From positions 13,186 through 77,185 of the forward strand of contig JBLIBL010000003.1 in assembly GCA_047633355.1 (NCBI GenBank): a stretch of 64,000 nt of DNA, in the 5' to 3' direction. The DNA is from Polaribacter sp. (lineage in GTDB: Bacteria > Pseudomonadota > Gammaproteobacteria > Enterobacterales > Kangiellaceae). Position 1 is the first letter of the stretch. Every line of letters starts with the position of its first letter. Positions 41,967 through 51,171 of the stretch are shown piece by piece. A program made the position numbers and the translations under genes. Under the pieces are notes generated by a model. It was not told the DNA's origin. It saw only the letters and a program-made list of their open reading frames with translations, and did no database searches.

Positions 41967-42967
41967 TCATTCTATTCCAACCGCGTTTGCATCAACCTCT
42001 GACAGAGACTTTGTATCTATATAATGACTGAAGTTTGGGAGCTTTTTCACATCGGACAAATTAGCACCAATCGCCCAACGAGCTTCATCTTTAATTGTTA
42101 ACATGAATGATCTATTTAACGACAAATGATAAAAATAATCTGGCCATATCCAATCGATAAAATTTTGCTTTAACTTTAGTTTATTCATTAATATTAGTTT
42201 TGCATCTATTGGGTTTTCGGCAATATATTCAATCGCTTGGTTTAATGATTGTAAAAGTTTTTTATTCGTTTCATGATTTGAATTAGCAAAACTCTGTTTT
42301 GCAACAAGATTAAAATAAAGAGTATATAAGCTATCGGTATCGAGTATTATAACCTCGGCGCCTAACTTCTTTTTGATCTCAAAAGCATAGGGTTCCCAGA
42401 TTGCAGCTGCTGAGATATTCTCGTTATCAAGAGCATTTGCCATCTCATTTGGTGCCAAATAAACTAATTCTACGTCATCAACATTAAGGTGATACAACCC
42501 CAACATTAAACTCAAATAGTACTCACTAGCCGATTTACGAATAACGCCAATTTTTTTCCTTTGAAAGACTTTAGGTCGAAATTCTCGCTTCCTTTAATTA
42601 AGAATTTGATATCATTACTTGACTCGGCAAAGGAAGCTAAATTGACATAACTTTGCGCATTTAGTGCAGCGAACATCAATAGGCTTTGGGAGCTGGTTCC
42701 ATAATCCGCCTGACCTGACATCACATTTTTAAAACTTTTGTCGCCCCCGACGCAATCGAGCAAATTTGCGTCTAAACCATTGTGTTTAAAAAGTCCTAAA
42801 TGTTTAGCAATATAAAAAGGAGCCTATAAAGGCGTACGTGCAACAGATATACGAATAGGGGTAGGATGCACTAGCGTAAGGTAGCGCCATAACTGATTGA
42901 TGAGAAATAAAGTCATCAAGAAAACAAGCAGGATAATTAGATTTTTAGAACTAAATAACTTTTCCAT
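41967..42967 (-). pseudogene. TM-anchored NMT1/SsuA-type substrate-binding protein gene with an in-frame TAG and a homopolymer frameshift
   Basis: ATG at 42967 gives MEKLFSSKNLIILLVFLM...ISVARTPL-TAG (42824-42826)-APFYIAKHLGLFKHNGLD... in one frame. The frame then shifts at the A7 run (T7 on the plus strand, 42551-42557). One extra A would give ...KGKKIGVIRKSASEYYLSLMLGLYHLNVDDVELV. Confidence 0.75.
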
Positions 42968-43131
42968 ATATTATGCTCGTTTTGCTAAGCTCCAATTTTA
43001 TTGACGATAATTCAACAATTTATCAGCTAAATAGTCCCTATTTCAAGCGATGTTATATAAAAAGTAACAGGTTTTAATAGAAATAGTAGGTTTTAATCGA
43101 GAATAACAATATTTTATCGCATTAAAACTAG

Positions 43132-43158
43132 TTGAATTATCTCCAATCATCCCCATAT
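43132..43158 (+). promoter_or_regulatory. Sigma32-type promoter upstream of grpE
   Basis: TTGAA (43132-43136), a 14-nt spacer, then CCCCATAT (43151-43158). Confidence 0.65.
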
Positions 43159-43235
43159 TTCCATCAAATTCTAAAACTATCTGTTGTTCACTGAAATCAG
43201 TGATAGCAAAGTAAAACACCTATCTAGGAGCAAAA

Positions 43236-43832
43236 ATGAGCAATAAAGAGGATATCAAAAATCCTGAGACGGAAGTGTCTGAAGTCGAAAATACTAATGA
43301 GTCGTTAGAAACAGGTGGTTCTTTAACCTTAGAGGAGCAGATTATTGAATTGAATGAGGCTTTAGCAAATGCAGAGGCGAATGCTCTTTCAAACAAAGAT
43401 GCTGCACTTCGCTCAAAAGCAGAAACAGAAAATATTCGTCGTCGAACAGAAAAAGAAGTCAGCAATGCGAGTAAATTTGCCCTTGAAAGGTTTGCAAAAG
43501 AAATCTTAGGTGTAGTAGATAGCCTAGAAAAAGCGCTTGAATTACCCGTTGAAGATGAGTCTCAAAAGGCTATGTATGAAGGGATTGAACTGACTTATAA
43601 GTTGATGGTTGATACTTTAAAAAAATTCTCAATAGAGCAAATTTCGCCATTAGGCGAGCATTTTGACCCCGCATTACATGAAGCAATGATTATGCAAGAA
43701 AGTGAAGAACATGAACCGAATAGCGTGATGATGGTTATTCAGCCGGGTTATCAATTAAATGGTCGCTTAATTCGCCCTGCTCGAGTGATAGTTGCTAAAG
43801 GAAAAGCGCCATCAATTGATGAAAACGCATAA
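43236..43832 (+). CDS. grpE: Nucleotide exchange factor GrpE
   Basis: 198 aa with a coiled-coil N-terminus and typical GrpE C-terminal blocks (FDPALHEAM..., GRLIRPARV). Confidence 0.93.
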   Translation: MSNKEDIKNPETEVSEVENTNESLETGGSLTLEEQIIELNEALANAEANALSNKDAALRSKAETENIRRRTEKEVSNASKFALERFAKEILGVVDSLEKALELPVEDESQKAMYEGIELTYKLMVDTLKKFSIEQISPLGEHFDPALHEAMIMQESEEHEPNSVMMVIQPGYQLNGRLIRPARVIVAKGKAPSIDENA

Positions 43833-43837
43833 AAAAT

Positions 43838-43858
43838 AGCCAGTTTTAAGTGCTGGCT
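43838..43858 (+). terminator. Weak hairpin after grpE
   Basis: AGCCAG-TTTTAAGTG-CTGGCT directly after the grpE stop and immediately before the dnaK promoter. There is no strong T-tract. Confidence 0.35.
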
Positions 43859-43860
43859 CT

Positions 43861-43888
43861 CTTGAAATAATTTTGCAAGCCCCCAGAT
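43861..43888 (+). promoter_or_regulatory. Sigma32-type promoter upstream of dnaK
   Basis: CTTGAAA (43861-43867), a 13-nt spacer, then CCCCAGAT (43881-43888). Confidence 0.7.
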
Positions 43889-43996
43889 AAAGGGCAAGTC
43901 AACAAAACAACCTTTTAAATGCTTTTGAAAAGGCTAATTGAGTAAAACGATTTAGTCAAAATATAAAAAGCTAATTAAACAAATTTGGAGAATACC

Positions 43997-45934
43997 ATGG
44001 GAAAAATAATTGGAATCGATTTAGGAACTACAAACTCTTGTGTTTCAGTTCTAGACGGAAAAAACTCACGAGTCATCGAAAATGCGGAAGGCACAAGAAC
44101 TACACCATCTATCGTTGCTTATGCAGAAGACGGTGAAGTTTTAGTGGGTCAATCTGCAAAGCGTCAAGCTGTCACTAACCCGACCAATACTTTATTCGCA
44201 ATTAAGCGATTAATTGGCCGTCAGTTTGATGACAAGGTCGTGCAAAAAGATATCAGCATGGTGCCTTATAAAATTGTTAAAGCAGATAATGGCGACGCAT
44301 GGGTTGAAGCTAATGGTAAAGCCATGGCTCCACCGCAAGTCAGTGCCGAAGTACTTAAAAAAATGAAAAAGACAGCAGAAGACTTTTTAGGTGAGACCGT
44401 TACAGAAGCGGTTGTTACGGTTCCTGCTTACTTTAATGATTCGCAGCGTCAAGCAACGAAAGATGCTGGAAAAATAGCGGGTTTAGAAGTTAAACGTATT
44501 ATCAACGAGCCAACAGCTGCAGCACTCGCTTATGGCATGGATAAAAACACAGGTGATAAAACGATTGCTGTATATGATTTAGGTGGCGGTACTTTTGATA
44601 TCTCTATCATCGAAATTGCTGAAATGGATGGTGAACATACTTTTGAAGTGCTTTCGACTAATGGTGATACATTCTTAGGTGGTGAAGATTTTGATATGCG
44701 AGTTATTGAGTTTTTAGTTGATGAATTCAAGAAAGAAAGCGGTATCAATTTAAATAATGACCCATTGGCGCTTCAGCGTTTAAAAGAAGCTGGCGAAAAG
44801 GCAAAAGTAGAGCTTTCTTCAAGCACGCAAACAGATATCAACTTGCCATATATTACAGCTGATGCTTCCGGCCCTAAGCATTTAAACATTAAACTAACAC
44901 GTGCTAAATTAGAGTCATTAGTTGATGATTTAGTTGAGCGTACATTGGAGCCGTTACAAATAGCAATTAAAGACGCCGGATTAAATGTATCTGATGTTGA
45001 TGATGTTATTTTGGTCGGTGGTCAAACACGTATGCCTAAAGTTCAGGAAGTAGTTACAAATTTCTTTGGCAAAGAGCCTCGTAAAGACGTTAACCCTGAT
45101 GAAGCCGTTGCAATGGGTGCAGCAATTCAAGGGGCTGTTTTAGCCGGTGATGTAACTGATGTATTATTATTAGATGTGACGCCATTATCTCTAGGTATTG
45201 AGACAATGGGCGGTGTTATGACTAACTTAATTGATAAAAATACAACTATACCAACTAAGGCCAACCAAGTTTTCTCAACAGCAGAAGATAATCAAGGCGC
45301 AGTAACCGTTCATGTCTGTCAGGGTGAACGAAAGATGGCGGCACAAAATAAGTCATTAGGAAAATTTGATTTAAGTGATATTCCACCGGCGGCACGCGGT
45401 ACACCACAAATTGAAGTTAACTTTGATATTGATGCGAATGGTATTTTAAACGTCACAGCAAAAGACAAAGCAACAGGTAAAGAACAATCCATTATTATTA
45501 AGGCATCCTCTGGTTTATCTGATGAAGAAGTTGAGCAAATGATTCGTGATGCAGAAGCGCATGCAGAAGAAGATAAGAAGTTCCAAGAAATGGTAGAAGT
45601 TAGAAACCAAGCGGACGGCTTAATTCATGCAACTAAGAAGACCATGGGTGAAGAAAAAGTAACGTTTGAAGATGGCGAGAAAGAAGTGATTGAACAAGCG
45701 ATTACAGATTTAGAAGAAGCGCTGAAAGGTGATAGCAAGGATGAAATTACTACTAAAACTGAAACGCTAACTAAATCATCTCAGAAAATGGCTGAACGCA
45801 TGTACGCAGCAGCACAAGCTGAATCCGGACAAGCTGAAGCAGCGCCACAAGAGCAACCGTCTGCTGAATCAAATGCAGGTGATGATGTAGTTGATGCTGA
45901 GTTTGAAGAAGTTAAGGATGAAGAAAAGAAGTAA
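43997..45934 (+). CDS. dnaK: Molecular chaperone DnaK (Hsp70)
   Basis: [14 protein letters not shown] start preceded by a GGAGAA Shine-Dalgarno sequence. The ORF-track start at 43985 is a TTG 4 codons upstream. Full Hsp70 signature set is present. Confidence 0.97.
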   Translation: MGKIIGIDLGTTNSCVSVLDGKNSRVIENAEGTRTTPSIVAYAEDGEVLVGQSAKRQAVTNPTNTLFAIKRLIGRQFDDKVVQKDISMVPYKIVKADNGDAWVEANGKAMAPPQVSAEVLKKMKKTAEDFLGETVTEAVVTVPAYFNDSQRQATKDAGKIAGLEVKRIINEPTAAALAYGMDKNTGDKTIAVYDLGGGTFDISIIEIAEMDGEHTFEVLSTNGDTFLGGEDFDMRVIEFLVDEFKKESGINLNNDPLALQRLKEAGEKAKVELSSSTQTDINLPYITADASGPKHLNIKLTRAKLESLVDDLVERTLEPLQIAIKDAGLNVSDVDDVILVGGQTRMPKVQEVVTNFFGKEPRKDVNPDEAVAMGAAIQGAVLAGDVTDVLLLDVTPLSLGIETMGGVMTNLIDKNTTIPTKANQVFSTAEDNQGAVTVHVCQGERKMAAQNKSLGKFDLSDIPPAARGTPQIEVNFDIDANGILNVTAKDKATGKEQSIIIKASSGLSDEEVEQMIRDAEAHAEEDKKFQEMVEVRNQADGLIHATKKTMGEEKVTFEDGEKEVIEQAITDLEEALKGDSKDEITTKTETLTKSSQKMAERMYAAAQAESGQAEAAPQEQPSAESNAGDDVVDAEFEEVKDEEKK

Positions 45935-45963
45935 TTCTTTGGTTCTATAATAAGTTTTAATTG

Positions 45964-45984
45964 ACGCGGGGGCTTACCCCGCGT
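45964..45984 (+). terminator. GC-rich hairpin in the dnaK-dnaJ spacer (partial terminator / mRNA stabiliser)
   Basis: ACGCGGGG-GCTTA-CCCCGCGT 8-bp stem, followed by TCTTG. Confidence 0.5.
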
Positions 45985-46011
45985 TCTTGATCTATAAGAA
46001 AGAGAAAAACA

Positions 46012-47157
46012 ATGTCGCAAAGAGACTACTACGAAATTCTTGGTGTTGATAAATCAGTTGATGAGAAAGAGCTGAAAAAGGCTTATCGTCGTTTAGCGAT
46101 GAAATACCACCCTGATAGAAATCCTGATTCACAAGATGCTGAAGCAAACTTTAAAGAAGCGAAGCAAGCTTATGAAATAATAAATAATCCTCAAAAACGT
46201 CAAGCCTATGACCAATATGGACATGCTGGCGTTGATCCGAGTCAAGGTGGCGGTGGCGGCCAACAAGGTAATTTTAGTGACATTTTTGGTGATGTATTTG
46301 GTGATATTTTTGGTGGCGGAGGTGGTGGTGCAACAGGTGGTCGTGGCGGCCGACAAAGACAACGACGAGGTTCTGACCTTCAATATAATTTAGAAATGAG
46401 TTTAGAAGATGCTGTAAAAGGGATCAAAAAAACGATCAAAATTCCAACCTATGTCACTTGCGAGCCTTGTAGTGGTAGTGGTGCTAAAAAAGGCTCTAGT
46501 TCCAGTCAATGTCATACTTGTAAAGGTGTTGGGCAAGTCAGGATGCAACAAGGTTTCTTTTCCGTTCAGCAAACTTGTCCAAGTTGTAATGGCCAAGGAA
46601 CCGTCATAAAAGATCCTTGTAACAGCTGTTCAGGTGAAGGGCGTGTTCGTAAAGAGAAAATACTTTCCGTTAAGATACCGGCTGGAGTTGATACCGGAGA
46701 TAGAATTCGTTTAACTGGTGAAGGTGAGGCGGGTGGTGCCGGTGCAATTGCTGGCGATTTATATGTGCAAGTGCATGTCAAAGATCATTCTATTTTTGAT
46801 AGAGATGGCGAGAATTTATATTGTGAAATGCCCATTAGCTTTAAGGCCGCTTGTATTGGTGGTGAGCTTGAAGTACCAACTCTTGACGGTAAAGTGAAAT
46901 TAAAGATCCCTGCTGAAACACAAACTGGCAGAATGTTTAGAATGCGTGGAAAAGGCATCTCACCTATGCGTGGTGGAATGCGTGGTGATTTATTATGTCG
47001 AGTAGTCATAGAAACCCCGGTTAATTTAAACAAAGAACAAAAAAGTAAATTAACAGAGTTTGATGATTTCTTAAACGGTAGTAAAAAACAACATAGCCCT
47101 AAATCAAACAACTGGTGGACTGGTGTTAAATCCTTTTGGGATGAAATGACTCACTAA
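46012..47157 (+). CDS. dnaJ: Co-chaperone DnaJ (Hsp40)
   Basis: 381 aa with a J-domain HPD motif, a G/F-rich linker and four CxxCxGxG zinc-finger repeats. Confidence 0.97.
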   Translation: MSQRDYYEILGVDKSVDEKELKKAYRRLAMKYHPDRNPDSQDAEANFKEAKQAYEIINNPQKRQAYDQYGHAGVDPSQGGGGGQQGNFSDIFGDVFGDIFGGGGGGATGGRGGRQRQRRGSDLQYNLEMSLEDAVKGIKKTIKIPTYVTCEPCSGSGAKKGSSSSQCHTCKGVGQVRMQQGFFSVQQTCPSCNGQGTVIKDPCNSCSGEGRVRKEKILSVKIPAGVDTGDRIRLTGEGEAGGAGAIAGDLYVQVHVKDHSIFDRDGENLYCEMPISFKAACIGGELEVPTLDGKVKLKIPAETQTGRMFRMRGKGISPMRGGMRGDLLCRVVIETPVNLNKEQKSKLTEFDDFLNGSKKQHSPKSNNWWTGVKSFWDEMTH

Positions 47158-47173
47158 TTTTTCAAATTCAAAA

Positions 47174-47223
47174 TTTCGGTTCATTCGGTTGGTAATTTTA
47201 TTGTTATCGCTAATGAACCGAAA
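47174..47223. terminator. 12-bp perfect inverted repeat between convergent dnaJ and the DUF349-like gene
   Basis: TTTCGGTTCATT (47174-47185) pairs with AATGAACCGAAA (47212-47223) across a 26-nt loop. Confidence 0.5.
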
Positions 47224-47262
47224 GATAGAATTCTAGAAAACCTGCCATATTTTTTAAGAAGG

Positions 47263-50259
47263 CTACAAGCCTACAACGGTAAATATTTTAATTCTTCTGG
47301 ATTCTAATTCAGCTCTTTCCGTTTGATTGATAAATCCAATAGTTACCCATGTATTAAACATTTTTAAAACTTCTTTGAGATTATTTGTACTTGGCCGACT
47401 TGTGCCAATGCCTTTTTGTAGTTGTTCTAATTGAATGCTCATACGTTGCTCTTTACAACTTTCAGGAGAATCGATGGCTAGTAGAATCTCCATGGATAAT
47501 GCTAAATTTTGTAGTTGCTTTAATCCCGTTTGATTTTCCATAGGCGCATCATTAGCTTTAATATGACTAAAACGTTGATCTAAAAGAGCTCTGCCTTTCT
47601 CATCACACCTCAATTGTGATAATTCATTTTGCAATTGTTCCAAATCAGATTTTTGTATTGTTGTTGTATTCGCTTGTAACCATTTTTCTTCGACTACTCT
47701 GATTACCTCGACACCTTTTAAAAAGGAACTTAGGGCTAGTTTTTCTTGGCGTTGGTTAATACCGGCATAGTGATCCCGATATTGATTGCAACTTTTTTCA
47801 AAAGCTTTTAAAAGCGATTGCGAAATCGATCTGGGTAATTCCGTATCAAAAGACCAACTTTGTTTTAAGTTTTCAAATTGCTCAAAGCTGGCCTTTAAAT
47901 GTTCGTCGTCTTTTTTACAAAGTTCTTCAATTTGATTAGTGATATCTTTCAATTTTTCCAGATTACTCTGCAAGTCACTTTTGAACTGCTTTTTTAGGCT
48001 GTCTCGTTTCGCGAATACTTTATCAATAGCACTACGAAATAATCTCCATTGTTCGTGCTCGGCCTTGTAGAAAGTAAGGCCTAATTGCTTCCACTGCTTT
48101 TGAAGTAGCATTACACCCTTAATTGATTTTTCAACTTGGATCAGTTCATCAGCACCTTTTAGTTCGTGAAATTTGACCGCTTGTGCGACCAACTCACAAC
48201 GGCTATCTAAATTAGCCTGCTTTTCTGTTGCTAATCGGTCTCGGACAACTGACTGAACAGCATTAAAATGATCTTGTATTGATTGTCGTTCATTTTCTGG
48301 AACTGGCTGATATTTTTTCCAGTCGTTATTTGCCTTATTAAATAGTTGATCAATACCATTCCAATCAATGTCTTTTTTAAAGCTCTTATTACTTAAAGGC
48401 TCTGGCTCAACACCATCTTGTTTTAAAGGTAGCTCTTGTATTACAGGTTGTTCGGGTACTGAGGTATTCCAACCATTTTCTTTTATAATCTGTTCTAAAA
48501 ATTCGCAAACGTCCTGCCGCTTTTGAAGGTTGTCGGCTCTGGCTTTATCTTTTTCTGCGTAATATTCTAAACAAGGTAAATAGGCAATGTCGCTGGCTTT
48601 TTTGAATCTCTCCCAAGATTCATCATCGGCTATAGGATCAGATGCTAATAACTCTCGCCACTGCTGTTGAAATTCTCGGACTTTTTTTGCTTTAACTAAT
48701 GGTTCCATCAGCTCAGTTGATAACTGCTCCATCACTTCACATAGTTCTGCTTTCTTAGGCCCTGTGGCAAAAGCATGCCAATCCCGTAACTCGTCTAATT
48801 GAGGTTGAATATTCTCTAGTTTTCGAGATAGCGAAGCTCGGAAATCACTAATACTATCATTTAATTTTTTGTTGATATAGTTAACCAATTTATTTGCTGC
48901 GATTAAATTACGTTGTTGACAGTGTTTTTCTAATAGGCCTATCTTTTGGTTTAGGTATTTAGCTTTTTTATTTTGCGAAGTGACTATTTTATCGTATTGT
49001 CCTTGATACTTAGTAACAGACTCGTAGCATTTACTGACTAATTCTGGTCGTGCTAACTTTTTAGACCATCCGAGTTTATGGTTAAGAGCCTGCCATCTTT
49101 TTAACCAGCTACGCAGTACATCATACTCACTAATCGGCTCACTACTAAAAAATTCTTCAAACCCTGCTCTCAAACTTATAAAATTTTCCCATGGCAATAG
49201 TTGAGCTTGTAATTGTTCTTGTAACTTTGAGTATGTATGAAGCGCTTTCTTCTCTGGTTGAAATTCTGCGATTGTTTGCAGCCAATTTTTATTCAAAAAT
49301 TCAAAAGCTGTTTTAACGGATTGATAGGACTCTAAAGAATCCATTGATGGATCAACCATTTCCTCTGTTAAATTTTGTAGTTGATGACACAATGCGTTTT
49401 GTTTATCTAAAGTTTCTTGCTGGATCGCGACTTGTTCTATCGCCAGTTTATTATCATTCATTATTCCTTGGCAGGTGATTAAAGCTTTTTGGAAAATATC
49501 TAAACAGTCGGAGAGTTCTTTCTTCTTTGATTCAACAGTAGTTTCAACTTGAGCAAGGTTTAGACTTTGCCAGTTTTTTATTGTGAGATTCACCTTTGAT
49601 TCAAATTGAGCGTCAACCCAGGATTGTTTACTCAGCTTTTCCAATCCAGAAGCTAATTTTTGTGCACTTATTATAGTATCGTTTATGATTTTTTGATGGG
49701 TTTTGGCTTCTGTTAATTTTAAGCGAACAGCCTGTAGTACGCTTTTATTAGTGGCTTTTTTCGATAACCGATTTAAAACTTCAATGTCCTTTATATCGGA
49801 TACTGCTTTTAGTCGTGATTCAACAGATTTAGCACTTGTCGCTATCTTGAACAAAGCATCAGGATGATCAATGCTCAATAATAAAGCATTGGTTAATTCC
49901 ATCTCATCCTCACTAGAAGTGTAAGATGCAACCATTTTAAAGGTCTCATCCTTATCCCAATTGCTCTTAACTTTTTTAAATTCTGAAGTTAAAAACTCTA
50001 TTTGTGGTGATACTTGGTTAATTCTTAAAGCGAAACGACACCATTCAGCCGGGCTTTTGGATTCTGATAAAAGGGACTTTAATAGGCTTATATCTGATAA
50101 TTTGGATAAAGCCAACTCACGAATTTTGCTGGAAGGGTCATCCGTGGCTAACTTCATGATAACTTCGACGTCGTTTGATGCATCTAAACCGACCAGCGCC
50201 TGCTCTCTCACAGATGAGTCTTGATGCTGCCATTTTGGGGTAAAAAAACGTTTCAACAT
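47263..50259 (-). CDS. Large all-helical repeat protein (DUF349-like)
   Basis: 998 aa, lysine/glutamate/glutamine-rich, with recurring W..F/W..W helical repeat units (e.g. ESWERFKKASD, NNDWKKYQPVPENERQSIQDHFN, QWRLFRSAIDKVF). The family name is from recall only. Confidence 0.55.
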   Translation of the reverse strand: MLKRFFTPKWQHQDSSVREQALVGLDASNDVEVIMKLATDDPSSKIRELALSKLSDISLLKSLLSESKSPAEWCRFALRINQVSPQIEFLTSEFKKVKSNWDKDETFKMVASYTSSEDEMELTNALLLSIDHPDALFKIATSAKSVESRLKAVSDIKDIEVLNRLSKKATNKSVLQAVRLKLTEAKTHQKIINDTIISAQKLASGLEKLSKQSWVDAQFESKVNLTIKNWQSLNLAQVETTVESKKKELSDCLDIFQKALITCQGIMNDNKLAIEQVAIQQETLDKQNALCHQLQNLTEEMVDPSMDSLESYQSVKTAFEFLNKNWLQTIAEFQPEKKALHTYSKLQEQLQAQLLPWENFISLRAGFEEFFSSEPISEYDVLRSWLKRWQALNHKLGWSKKLARPELVSKCYESVTKYQGQYDKIVTSQNKKAKYLNQKIGLLEKHCQQRNLIAANKLVNYINKKLNDSISDFRASLSRKLENIQPQLDELRDWHAFATGPKKAELCEVMEQLSTELMEPLVKAKKVREFQQQWRELLASDPIADDESWERFKKASDIAYLPCLEYYAEKDKARADNLQKRQDVCEFLEQIIKENGWNTSVPEQPVIQELPLKQDGVEPEPLSNKSFKKDIDWNGIDQLFNKANNDWKKYQPVPENERQSIQDHFNAVQSVVRDRLATEKQANLDSRCELVAQAVKFHELKGADELIQVEKSIKGVMLLQKQWKQLGLTFYKAEHEQWRLFRSAIDKVFAKRDSLKKQFKSDLQSNLEKLKDITNQIEELCKKDDEHLKASFEQFENLKQSWSFDTELPRSISQSLLKAFEKSCNQYRDHYAGINQRQEKLALSSFLKGVEVIRVVEEKWLQANTTTIQKSDLEQLQNELSQLRCDEKGRALLDQRFSHIKANDAPMENQTGLKQLQNLALSMEILLAIDSPESCKEQRMSIQLEQLQKGIGTSRPSTNNLKEVLKMFNTWVTIGFINQTERAELESRRIKIFTVVGL

Positions 50260-50519
50260 TATGTTTATTTGGTTGTATCAATATAGCGATAGAGTATATC
50301 AAAGAAGGATAGATTGCGCGCTGTCGAAACACAATCTCAAGGATGAAGTAAAATATAAGGCTGAGAGAAAGCGGTTTGAGTTTCATCAGTACTTTTAGAT
50401 ATCACTCAAACTGGGCTAACTGGCGTTTTTGGTGAAGTTAAATGAACTATCGACATATTTAACTTTTATTGCTCGATTTCTGAGGTATTCGAGAGTACAT
50501 ATTAAGGTCTGGAAATATC

Positions 50520-50678
50520 TCAGGCTGTATGAAAACGTTACTGAGGAAATTCACGACGTGTTGTTATTTAAATATTATAAAAACTTAGTGTCAAAACCTC
50601 TACAGCATACAATCTAGGGCACGTTTAATAGCAAAAATTGATTATAAAATTTACATTATTTGTATTCATACAGCCTGA
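50520..50678. repeat. 14-bp perfect inverted repeat separated by 131 nt in a long non-coding region
   Basis: TCAGGCTGTATGAA (50520-50533) and TTCATACAGCCTGA (50665-50678). Confidence 0.7.
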
Positions 50679-51171
50679 TCTTAAAGCGGAAGTTAACGAA
50701 GAAAGCTTAATTCGCGTTCAGACTGTCTAAAATGTTCATATATAAGTCATAGTTTAATATTCTTTTTTTATCCAAAGCAGATATTTCTAGTCGATTTTTA
50801 TCATTTTTATTGTTGGCAGTTTTTTGCTACTCTGAAGGATATAGTTCTACTCATAAAACTAAGAAGCGAGCTCTTGAAGAATGTCAAAAAAGATTGGGTA
50901 AGCATACTTCTAAAGGTAAGTGCGAGCTTATTCGTTAACAAAGTTTAACCAGTGATTTTAGGAAGTGATTTTAGTGACAGCGTACATTTACACCTATATG
51001 ATAGCTCGCTCTTAATAAAATATTTTATGACAGTCATTATATCTTTCGATTATTCGGCCGTTAGAAAGAATTCATTTAATGTAATTTTTCATAGAATGAA
51101 TTAGGTTGACGGAACTTTACGATAGCAACATAATTAAACTTAAAATTAGCGTTAATAGGAGCAACTATAAA

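Noticed and set aside
41144-42826. Genetic-code reassignment or pyrrolysine-type decoding of TAG
   Set aside because: TAG clearly terminates several well-conserved genes in this window at their expected ends (ubiD, coq7, cpxP, hrcA, argB). The TAG-bearing genes also carry other lesions. Ordinary nonsense mutations are the parsimonious reading.
46129-47111. Chain of antisense and alternate-frame ORFs across dnaJ
   Set aside because: They result from the G-rich Gly/Cys repeat coding region of dnaJ. No starts, Shine-Dalgarno sequences or conservation are expected.
50138-50617. 82-aa (minus) and 62-aa (plus) ORFs in the DUF349 upstream region
   Set aside because: The first overlaps the DUF349-like gene start out of frame. 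The second straddles one arm of the 14-bp inverted repeat and has no Shine-Dalgarno sequence. Neither has protein-like composition.
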